The notes under the pieces were generated by a model. It was given only the letters and a program-made list of their open reading frames with translations, was not told the origin of the DNA and did no database searches. A program made the translations under genes and the position numbers. Below, in pieces: positions 48,522 to 56,224 of a stretch of DNA of 56,224 nucleotides. Position 1 is the stretch's first letter. Each line of letters opens with the position of its first letter. This DNA is from a virus. Its lineage: Duplodnaviria > Caudoviricetes. Where the stretch lies: positions 1 to 56,224 of the IMG/VR virus record IMGVR_UViG_3300025131_000046. One strand, written 5' to 3'.

Positions 48522-48753
48522 TCTTATTCCTTTCTTGTTCTGTAATCCTGTCTAGGGTTGTCATGCATTCTCGAATTGTCTGAATCAAGGTTGGCACCCG
48601 AGCATGCCAAGTAACCGTGTTGCTTTTGTTCTGGTTGTCTAACTGCACAAGTTCGTCATACGCTTCATACAGCCTGCCCCTGGCTTGAAGCAGCCTACGC
48701 ACCCTAGTTTCGTTTACCACCACTATTTTTCTCCAGGAAGAAACCCATATCAT
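48514..48753 (-). CDS. hypothetical protein
   Basis: First ORF after the leftward consensus promoter. Confidence 0.55.
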   Translation of the reverse strand: MIWVSSWRKIVVVNETRVRRLLQARGRLYEAYDELVQLDNQNKSNTVTWHARVPTLIQTIRECMTTLDRITEQERNKND

Positions 48754-48761
48754 TTTGTCCC

Positions 48762-48857
48762 ATTATACTAGCCTACATAAACTTGTCAACCCTAGAATCT
48801 AGAAAATATCCAGAATCTTGTATTATCTCTTGACAGACCCACTATAGCTGGTATGAT
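48762..48857. promoter_or_regulatory. divergent sigma70-type promoters
   Basis: Minus strand TTGACA-16-TATAAT (48789-48762); plus strand TTGACA-16-TATGAT (48830-48857). Confidence 0.7.
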
Positions 48858-48918
48858 TATACCTGTAGATGCACAAAACATCGTGCTCGTAACTTTTTTA
48901 GTACAGGAGAGTAGACAG

Positions 48919-49152
48919 ATGGCGAAGAAAAAGAAGGCTGCAAAGAAAACCGCAAAGAGCAGGACTACTACAAAGCTTCAGCATGCTCAGTATCGTCAAG
49001 GCTACCTTGATGATGTAGTAAAGCCATTCCTAACAAAAGAAGCTGTCTCATGGAGTGACCTTGTTCGTATTGGCGTAGCATCTGTAATTAAGAAAGGTAA
49101 GATTACTGTTACAGACCGCAAGCTGAGCACAGAGATTCGGGATTATACATAG
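48919..49152 (+). CDS. small basic protein, possible DNA-binding regulator
   Basis: AGGAG RBS; Lys-rich N-terminus; SWSDLVR.GV (ribbon-helix-helix-like helix). Confidence 0.6.
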   Translation: MAKKKKAAKKTAKSRTTTKLQHAQYRQGYLDDVVKPFLTKEAVSWSDLVRIGVASVIKKGKITVTDRKLSTEIRDYT

Positions 49153-49202
49153 TCAAGTCAACCCTCCGTGCAATTTGGGTATTAACCTCGGCAAGATCGT
49201 TC

Positions 49203-49422
49203 AATCGATTTTGTCGGGGTTTCTTTATGGGTAGAAACCCCGGTAGATTTTGTTATCTGCTGGGGTTTCTTTACGTACCTGCCCCAATCGATTTTGTCGG
49301 GGGTATGTTCAATCGATTTTGTCGAGGATCACCAATCGATTTTCTTGGGGATGCAATCGATTTTGTCGGGGGTATTACCAATCGATTTTGTCGGGGGTAT
49401 TACCAATCGATTTTGTCGGGGG
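49203..49422 (+). repeat. cluster of 7 AATCGATTTT(GTCGGGG) direct repeats
   Basis: Copies at 49203, 49286, 49311, 49334, 49355, 49380, 49405. Confidence 0.9.
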
Positions 49423-49471
49423 CCTTAGTAAACAATATTCACCCCTCTTAATGCTATACGTACACTAGCCT

Positions 49472-49506
49472 CTATATAAGACCTTAGTATACAATGTTCA
49501 GTAGGT
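49472..49506 (+). repeat. 35-bp direct repeat, copy 1 (copy 2 at 52849-52883)
   Basis: CTATATAAGACCTTAGTATACAATGTTCAGTAGGT is identical at both sites. Confidence 0.9.
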
Positions 49507-49533
49507 ATACCCTATATGGTATATTGTATCATC

Positions 49534-49782
49534 GGTGGTCAAAATCTGACATTGGTCAATTCTTGATCACTTGTTATAAGTCTATGTAGCATAACAAGTT
49601 ACGTCTACAAAACAGCATATTCTCGCTTTGGTGGTCAATCCTTGACCGGACGATATATCATATCTTTCTGATTGTTGCATAATGCTACACATCATTGCAT
49701 AACGTAAACCGTTACTACATAACGACTTATAGCAATATCTAAAATTATATCCAGAATCCTAACTTTTGGCATGCAATTTGCT
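49534..49782 (+). promoter_or_regulatory. sigma54-type promoter module A (palindromes + IHF-like sites + -24/-12)
   Basis: TGGCAT-N5-TTGCT at 49767-49782; GGTCAA-N3-TTGAYC palindromes; homologous to 55478-55726 with identical spacing. Confidence 0.7.
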
Positions 49783-49838
49783 AATACTTTTGGTGACGTT
49801 GGTCGATATCCTTAACATTAGATTGGAGAATTGAGTCT

Positions 49839-49997
49839 ATGGAATATACCATTGAAGTTGAGACTGTACAAAATAGTCTAAATATGGATGTTGTAATATA
49901 TCTTGTACGTGGTGATGATATCACGTTTGCAGAAACAAGATATATAGACATTGCTCACATGATTGTTGACGCACTACAAACGAAGGATAAAGCATGA
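49839..49997 (+). CDS. small hypothetical early protein
   Basis: GGAG RBS; 52-aa ORF MEYTIEVETV..., read manually (below the ORF-track cutoff). Confidence 0.5.
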   Translation: MEYTIEVETVQNSLNMDVVIYLVRGDDITFAETRYIDIAHMIVDALQTKDKA

Positions 49998-50056
49998 CAT
50001 ACAGAGTTGAAATTGAAAGCAGATTAAATCGACAACCGTGTAGGAGAGAAAATCCA

Positions 50057-50512
50057 ATGAATGAAACGTACAACGGTATTGACTATGGTATGGGACGGAC
50101 AAACATCGATCAGACAACCGGTATCAGATATGGAGTCATCTCGCAACACGATTTGCCAGAATGGTTTTTCGATGATGTAGAGATGATCTATCCTGAACCA
50201 GAACACGTAGACGATTGCGACAACTATGGTACAGATGATTTTGATCACTGTTTTTGCAACGATTGTCTTGAACCGATTGGATGGCATTATGAGTCTGGTG
50301 GGGTTTGCTTAGCAGATTGTCTTGACTCTGATGCTTTCATCTTTGCATCAACACACACCACAACCGGAACGTACTGTTCGCCATGCGTCCCTGGTGCAGT
50401 CAGTGTAGGCACGGATGGCGATATCGTTTGTTACGGACTGCCGCCAGAATGGTACGATGGAAGCTACGTCAAGCAAAACCACATCTCTATCCCTATCGCA
50501 AAGGAAAGCTAA
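50057..50512 (+). CDS. acidic Cys-rich early protein
   Basis: AGGAG RBS; GIDYG.G.TNID..TGIRYGVISQ and CSPCVPGA motifs. Confidence 0.75.
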   Translation: MNETYNGIDYGMGRTNIDQTTGIRYGVISQHDLPEWFFDDVEMIYPEPEHVDDCDNYGTDDFDHCFCNDCLEPIGWHYESGGVCLADCLDSDAFIFASTHTTTGTYCSPCVPGAVSVGTDGDIVCYGLPPEWYDGSYVKQNHISIPIAKES

Positions 50513-50513
50513 C

Positions 50514-51293
50514 ATGTTGCTCATGCCTACCGAATACCAGAACATCATAGATAATGCTGGTATCTCGCCAGCATATCTATCAGACGATCATAGATACACG
50601 CTGGACGACGTACACAAGCTGATTGAGTATATGATCCAGACCGAACATGACGACGCAATAGAGGAGCTACAGGAGCTCCGTGTAGCGTTGATTGACAAGA
50701 CATTAACCAGCATGATGGAATCTCATGTTGAGTATGAGGAATCACATCAAGATGCTGGTGACAACTATGCTCATATGCCACAAGAGTCTGCAAACCATAT
50801 GTGTTCTACACGTTGTCAAGAATTGATTGACTATTGCGACGATTACATTTCTCGCTTTGACACTGCTGGCTATCGCCCAACAGACAAACGATTTGCATCT
50901 GATGTGTTGAGTGAACTGCTGGAAACATTTAATATGGTTGCTGGCAACAGATTTCTATCATCTGTTTCTGGTTTCGTCTTAGACTCGTACTGCGTCGGAG
51001 AAGTAGAAACTCAAATCGAGTTACAGACAATCGCACATGATTCTGGTATCGACAGAGACGTAGTGGAGTCAATCCTACGCAGTGATCCTAGTATCGGTAA
51101 TCAATTCTGTATCACCTATAGCAAACATGACACTGATTGCTTGCTAGCCTATCAATCATCTGACGTAGTCTGGTATGCAGTATCTGACGATGAACAGATA
51201 CGTGAAGCAATCACCAAAGTCTGTATTGATCGATGTGAACGTCAAGATAAGAATCGAAAGGATAAAATCAATGACACTGATCGTAACAATTGA
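50514..51293 (+). CDS. acidic early protein
   Basis: AAGGA RBS; long D/E-rich ORF. Confidence 0.7.
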   Translation: MLLMPTEYQNIIDNAGISPAYLSDDHRYTLDDVHKLIEYMIQTEHDDAIEELQELRVALIDKTLTSMMESHVEYEESHQDAGDNYAHMPQESANHMCSTRCQELIDYCDDYISRFDTAGYRPTDKRFASDVLSELLETFNMVAGNRFLSSVSGFVLDSYCVGEVETQIELQTIAHDSGIDRDVVESILRSDPSIGNQFCITYSKHDTDCLLAYQSSDVVWYAVSDDEQIREAITKVCIDRCERQDKNRKDKINDTDRNN

Positions 51294-52075
51294 GACCGAT
51301 GATTGTGCTCACATGGACAATCCATGTGATTGGGGCGGATTCATCGGTAGCGACCATGTTGCAGACGCAATCAGAGATGCAGTCAAGGAGTGTAGGGAAT
51401 CACCAGCAGAAGAAGTTATCGTACGTGGAACGTGTTCCTGGATTCTAGAAGACGAGTATGAGAGGACAGAATCATGATCAGAATCGTGAGAGATGCTGTC
51501 GTCGGCACGCTGACTGGAACTATCGTTGTTGTTGCTGTCTGGTTCGCGTTGAACGTCGTTCGTACAATCCTCTATTAAAGGTATCAATTGACACAACAAG
51601 ACAAAGACAATGAGAAAGCTACTGTCGATGCTTTCACTATCCTATTTGTCATAGTGATTGCTGCTGAAGTTGTAGGATCAATGTTAACCATAGGAGACTA
51701 GTCATGTTGAGTTTTGTACACGCTACAGATATTGCTGTTGATGAACTGATTCAATCAATCAAGGAAATCGATGACAGTGTAACACGATATGACATTGCAG
51801 AACGTGTTGCCGAATTGCTGGTGGAGCTAGACGGTACTGATCCTATCGATTTTATCCATCGTTGTGGAGTGAACGCATGAGAATAGGACCAAAAATGAAA
51901 CTTGCAGCATGGTATGTTGCCAGAAATCCCAATTGTGCAATCTTACCTATTGCTCGCTTGGTAGGGCCACATAATAGCACGTTTTACGGATACCAGATTG
52001 TACATCGTGCAATCAATGCTGGTTTAATTCATGCTACGTATGCGTCTGGACGCTACACACTAACCGTACCAACAG

Positions 52076-52387
52076 ATGAGTAAAAATATGATGACTCGAA
52101 AGCATTACAACCAGATTGCCGAAACGATTGCTGGCATGCCAAGGTCAGACCTAGACGATATCGCCAGAAACAAACTAGTAGCTAGGTTGTCTCTCATGCT
52201 GGCGTCTGACAATCCACGATTTGACTACGTCAAGTTTGCAACAGCATGCAAACCAGACGAACCACCAAAACGTCCGTCACACTGTACACGTAAACGTGTG
52301 AAACCATTCATGGATGATTGCGGATGCGAGTACTGCAATTGGCTGGACGATCACATCATGGAATCAATGGGAGCATCAGAACCGTGA
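52076..52387 (+). CDS. conserved-looking early phage protein
   Basis: MTRKHY..IA...DNPRFD..KF..AC motif. Confidence 0.7.
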   Translation: MSKNMMTRKHYNQIAETIAGMPRSDLDDIARNKLVARLSLMLASDNPRFDYVKFATACKPDEPPKRPSHCTRKRVKPFMDDCGCEYCNWLDDHIMESMGASEP

Positions 52388-52580
52388 AACATCTCCTACG
52401 TAGATTGATCATGTGGGCGTTGGATATCAAAGTTGTTGTGGCCAATCATCGCGTAGGCGGATGCGAGACTGAGTACGTGATCATCACAATGTGGAACGCT
52501 GAGATATACGCATCCCAAAGTTGGCGTCCAGGAACATTCAAAGGACCGAGAACCACAGACTGATTGTTAGCTAGGTCTCA

Positions 52581-52617
52581 ATGCCCGCAGTGTCTAATCG
52601 ATGCTGCGGGTATTTTT
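52581..52617 (+). terminator. terminator of the rightward early cassette
   Basis: ATGCCCGCAGT / GCTGCGGGTAT stem plus T tract. Confidence 0.7.
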
Positions 52618-52649
52618 ACGTACTTATCTCTATGTCTTATTAACCTATC

Positions 52650-52800
52650 AATCGATTTTACCGCGGTCGATTTTATTGAGGGTTAGCAATCGATTTTACT
52701 AAGGGTCTATATAAGCTATCAATCGATTTTGCTGGGGTCGATTTTACTAAGGGTTAGTGATCGATTTTATCGAGGGTCTTACTAATCGATTTTGCTGGGG
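52650..52800 (+). repeat. second cluster of 7 TCGATTTT repeats
   Basis: TCGATTTT at 52652, 52667, 52690, 52723, 52738, 52761, 52786, mostly followed by a G-run. Confidence 0.85.
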
Positions 52801-52848
52801 GTCTTAATAAGACCTGAATGCCTCTTACTAAGAGGGTCTGACTAAGAC

Positions 52849-52883
52849 CTATATAAGACCTTAGTATACAATGTTCAGTAGGT
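52849..52883 (+). repeat. 35-bp direct repeat, copy 2
   Basis: Identical to 49472-49506. Confidence 0.9.
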
Positions 52884-53193
52884 CTATATAAGGTATTAGT
52901 CTTGCCTATTAGAACATCGTCATGCTGTCGGTTGCAATCGTCGCAGTGTCGACCACAATCGTCATGCTGTGCGTCTGGACGACAGCTTATCGGCAACGAA
53001 TCAACAGACGCCTCAGATTCACGTCTAACGTGTTCAATTCTGGAATAGGTAGTTTACCACCAGAGAAGAACAACGGACGTTACAGACGATCCTAGAACGT
53101 CTGAGGATAGGATCACATCTGTTCATGCTTTGAGCATGCCTATCGTTAATCGTTAACAATCTATATTAAATGATATATCATTGCATGGTATAC

Positions 53194-53227
53194 AAAGAAA
53201 GCCGGTCACCATTTGGCGACCGGCTTT
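53194..53227 (-). terminator. terminator of the leftward early cassette
   Basis: AAAGCCGGTC / GACCGGCTTT stem; TTTCTTT on the minus strand. Confidence 0.75.
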
Positions 53228-53245
53228 GGTTGTTGCTGTCGGCTG

Positions 53246-53518
53246 TCAGACTAGGCATCCGGTTTGTTCGTTCCACAGTCGCTGAAACGTCTCTGCGTCT
53301 ACTCGCTTACTATGATCGTCATCTATCCAATTAAGATGCTTCCCTGTAGTTTGGCCCCAACTGTTGTAACGAATAACTAACTCATTGCCTAGTACGCGAA
53401 ACGCTACTGGAGTCTGGTAGCTATACCAGACTGTAAGGTCACCGATATCAACACGCAACGTGTTGACTCCGTAGTTGTTTGACCGATAGTGTCCGTAACT
53501 TGAGATTGATGGTAACAT
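53246..53518 (-). CDS. conserved-looking early phage protein
   Basis: YSY.TPVAF...N.WG.TTGKHLNWID motif. Confidence 0.75.
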   Translation of the reverse strand: MLPSISSYGHYRSNNYGVNTLRVDIGDLTVWYSYQTPVAFRVLGNELVIRYNSWGQTTGKHLNWIDDDHSKRVDAETFQRLWNEQTGCLV

Positions 53519-53523
53519 GTTTA

Positions 53524-53937
53524 CTACTCACTTTCATCAATTAGGTTAGGTGTTTCTTCTAACTCATAAGCTAACATTGACAACTCATCTTGATTGTCAG
53601 CACACCACTGTGCGATAGCTTCCGGGAATAGGTCCGCATTCTCTGACTCCCTGCCCGTACGTTCCTGATACTCGTACGACTCTCCACAAGCCGATAGGAA
53701 CGACAGCAGAGACTCCAGTCCCTCTTGTAAGCTTCCGCCTTGGCAACCTGATTGCAAGTCATCTCCGATGTACTCTAAGCCGTCTGGAGACACGAAGCAA
53801 TCAATGTAAAACTTGTAGCGTGTTCGTCCGTTGTTTCCAGGATAGTCAGCATAGGTGATCGATACCATAGCGTGATCACCAACGCGAACGGCGGGAAACA
53901 ATCGAGACGAGATGCAAATGGGGTTTGTAAGTTTCAT
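53524..53937 (-). CDS. acidic early protein
   Basis: GGAG RBS; DDL.SG, SLLSFL.AC.E, LFP..IA.W motifs. Confidence 0.75.
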   Translation of the reverse strand: MKLTNPICISSRLFPAVRVGDHAMVSITYADYPGNNGRTRYKFYIDCFVSPDGLEYIGDDLQSGCQGGSLQEGLESLLSFLSACGESYEYQERTGRESENADLFPEAIAQWCADNQDELSMLAYELEETPNLIDESE

Positions 53938-53951
53938 GGTTCAATCTCCCC

Positions 53952-54296
53952 TCAGAGGTTACGAATTGCTCTGGTTAACCGGTCACCAATTGCTTCACAT
54001 ATATCGTCAATATCATGAGCATCAATGTTATCTAGTCTCTGTTCTAAGTCATCAATAGAAGCTTCTCTCTTATACATACTTGAATCAAGTGTGTCTATAC
54101 TTGAATCTAATGTGTCTATGTTGTCTTGCATATCTTCGATAGCTTGTTGTTGTTTGTTCACTACCTCTGTTAAGTCACTCAATAGATTCTCAAACGTGCC
54201 TACAGTTTGCATTACAACATGCGTATCAGTTAATCCTAGCTTACGCAGAATGTACGATTTGACAGTAGCTTTAATCTTAACAATACTGAGTTTCAT
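53952..54296 (-). CDS. acidic coiled-coil protein
   Basis: GAGG RBS; heptad repeat IDTLDSS twice. Confidence 0.7.
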   Translation of the reverse strand: MKLSIVKIKATVKSYILRKLGLTDTHVVMQTVGTFENLLSDLTEVVNKQQQAIEDMQDNIDTLDSSIDTLDSSMYKREASIDDLEQRLDNIDAHDIDDICEAIGDRLTRAIRNL

Positions 54297-54300
54297 GGTT

Positions 54301-54555
54301 CTAATCCTCTATATAAGGGTATGGTTCAACATCATAATCAAAGTCTGCTGTTGTCGTACTGTGCAATCGTTCACATCGTCTATCAATAGCCTCAATCTTC
54401 CGTTTCGCTCCCAATACTAGGTGAGTTTCGTACCCTGAATTCCATGCACGTAGTCCCCCTACGATGTTAAGGTAATCTGATTCAATACTTTCGATTGCTT
54501 CGTCACAATCATCACATGTGAGTAGTGAACGCAATCGCACATCGGTGTGTTTCAT
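54301..54555 (-). CDS. hypothetical early protein
   Basis: Packed ORF in the leftward cassette. Confidence 0.6.
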   Translation of the reverse strand: MKHTDVRLRSLLTCDDCDEAIESIESDYLNIVGGLRAWNSGYETHLVLGAKRKIEAIDRRCERLHSTTTADFDYDVEPYPYIED

Positions 54556-54558
54556 AGC

Positions 54559-54831
54559 TCAAACCCTTGCGTCAAGAATAATACAATCGTCCCATGGTTT
54601 GATATCGTTTGACACTTCATAAACCTGTATAGCAACATGTACGATTTGACAGTAGTGTCGTTTGACTTTTGATATTGCCCATGCACGATTTTGCACATGA
54701 TGTACAATTCCACACTCAATATCCCAACCCGCTTCACCAGTTTGAGGATTACAAGTGTATACCTCAAAATGATACGTCCGGTTTTGTGGTTTACCGGATA
54801 CTTTTAACGGCCTACTTGCTTTGTCTTTCAT
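54559..54831 (-). CDS. hypothetical early protein
   Basis: AAGGA RBS; packed ORF. Confidence 0.6.
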   Translation of the reverse strand: MKDKASRPLKVSGKPQNRTYHFEVYTCNPQTGEAGWDIECGIVHHVQNRAWAISKVKRHYCQIVHVAIQVYEVSNDIKPWDDCIILDARV

Positions 54832-54834
54832 AGC

Positions 54835-55047
54835 TCAATTCCTTTCTCGTGGTGTCCAGTGTAACCGAACTGACTGCGTCTCCCCAAACGTACCTAATGA
54901 GATACCCAAATAACAGCACACCATACCAGCCGGTAGCCAGACTCCGTTCATCTGGTTAAGCCTGTAAGAATCTGCTGACTTGTTGGTGTACTCGTATCTC
55001 AAGCCGGAGATAACTTCAATCTCAACTGTGCATCCAAATTCTCTCAT
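54835..55047 (-). CDS. hypothetical early protein
   Basis: Packed ORF with AAGGG upstream. Confidence 0.5.
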   Translation of the reverse strand: MREFGCTVEIEVISGLRYEYTNKSADSYRLNQMNGVWLPAGMVCCYLGISLGTFGETQSVRLHWTPRERN

Positions 55048-55284
55048 CGTTCAAACCCTTTCAATCGAGGTACTCAGTAACGTCTAACGGCTTGTCGTCA
55101 AGCCTACGCCACAGTAATAGCCCATTGTTTACTGGCCAGCAGATAAGGCCAACAGACAACGTATCCCATTCGCATTAGTCTAGCTCTGCACGCCCAAGCT
55201 TGTGATTCTGTTGCAAACGTGTAGTCTGTCACTTCAATCTCCCGTTTCGTTGTGTTGTGTTGTCTCCTTTAATTGTGGTTGTGC

Positions 55285-55419
55285 CTATTCCTCCTCCCGT
55301 AGAATCGCCTCCGCCAGCCAGAGAATCGCCTCCGCTTCTTCAATGGCAGCTTCCAAGTCAGACTCAAGAGCGACTCTCGAAGCGTCTAGGTCGGCAATAA
55401 AGTCGTCAACCGATGACAT
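55285..55419 (-). CDS. very acidic 44-aa helical peptide, first gene of the leftward early cassette
   Basis: AAGGAGG RBS before the ATG at 55419; MSSVDDFIADLDASRVALESDLEAAIEEAEAILWLAEAILREEE. Confidence 0.6.
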   Translation of the reverse strand: MSSVDDFIADLDASRVALESDLEAAIEEAEAILWLAEAILREEE

Positions 55420-55477
55420 TGCAGTTTCCTCCTTTAATTGTGGTACAGGATAGTGTCGTTCACTGCTTACTTTTAGT

Positions 55478-55726
55478 TGCGATTTTCGTACCATTCGCTC
55501 CAGAATCCAAAATAAAAGTAGAAATAGTTATAAGTCTATATGCATCAACATGTTACGTTAACGGTATCCCATCAGAGAATTCTGATGTGAAGCATGATAT
55601 GATATACCGCATGGTCAGGTATTGACCACATTTGCGGGATTGTGCCAATATCTTGACGTAACATGTTGCTATATATAACGTTATGGCAAGTGGTCAAGGA
55701 TTGATCAACGTCAAGAATTGACCACC
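55478..55726 (-). promoter_or_regulatory. sigma54-type promoter module B (inverted homologue of module A)
   Basis: TGGTAC-N5-TCGCA at 55493-55478; IHF-like ATCAACATGTTA (55544-55555); same palindromes and spacing as module A. Confidence 0.7.
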
Positions 55727-55729
55727 CAT

Positions 55730-56090
55730 CCATAGCATGACATAATGGCATACCATAAGTGTATGCTGATGTGTTGATATGTCATAATGGCATACCATAA
55801 ACATATGCTGATATCTACATATGCTGATACGTTGTAGCAGTGTAACGTATTAAGATATGTAGATATGATAATATCAAAGCATGATGATATGTTGATGTGT
55901 TGATATGATTGCATCAATGCATGTTGATATTAACATATGATGATGTGTTGATATGTTGGTACAATCATATCAGAATATGTTGATATGTTAATGTGTTGAT
56001 ACGTTGAATTGATATGATATATCAACGTATGCTTATATGATAACATGTTAATGCGTTGATGTGTTACCAATAATGATATATCATCAATGG
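55730..56090. repeat. degenerate TGTTGATAT-type short-repeat tract near the right end
   Basis: Many GTTGAT/GCTGAT/ATGATAT motifs plus duplicated CATAATGGCATACCATAA (55741, 55783). Confidence 0.75.
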
Positions 56091-56224
56091 TATACAATCG
56101 ATTTTATGGTGATCGATTTTATGGTAGGGAATACCCGCTAAATGTACTACGTACACTAAGGCTTGGCTAGGTCTATATAAGAGGGGGGAGGGGCTGTTTT
56201 AGTGAACAGGTGTTATATAGGGAC

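Noticed and set aside
49203-49422. Guides ending in CCCCGA or CAATCGAA targeting the AATCGATTTTGTCGGGG repeats
   Set aside because: Only one half-spacer resembles the repeat; the partner spacer matches poorly and the spacing is off
49227-49468. ORFs 49227-49451 and 49250-49468
   Set aside because: Translations merely reflect the DNA repeat (IDFVGG/NRFCRG); no RBS

Overview
The window reads as an apparently complete ~56 kb genome of a long-tailed, HK97-like dsDNA phage. The host may be a Planctomycetota-like bacterium (inferred from CsrA, RimI-like GNAT, matrixin and thioredoxin-like genes; not proven). Layout: small leftward genes and a non-canonical tRNA-like/structured RNA locus (1-3.1 kb); envelope/accessory genes and a GC-richer virion-decoration cassette (3.7-13.9 kb); HNH-terminase-portal-ClpP-capsid-tail module with a -1 frameshifted tail chaperone (13.9-30.8 kb); leftward ParB-like/HTH/UvrD genes; a rightward replication operon (UDG, RuvC-like, PD-(D/E)XK nuclease, AAA, SSB-like, PolA, primase-helicase); and two convergent early cassettes at the right end. 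Headline: at 33.94-35.69 kb a sigma70 promoter drives a 5-unit array, csrA, a nuclease-less IS110/Nop-domain protein and a second 10-unit array. Units are mostly 35-38 nt: edge repeat GAACGYAGYCA, 8-nt spacer, loop usually ending in CA, 8-nt spacer. This is a TIGR-Tas-like (TasA-type) RNA-guided system with atypical repeats and a split array. Second: two ~250-bp inverted promoter modules with identical internal spacing (palindromes, IHF-like sites, sigma54 -24/-12) drive the early cassettes, which are bracketed by polar TCGATTTT repeat clusters. All calls come from reading the sequence and ORF track by eye; no searches were run.
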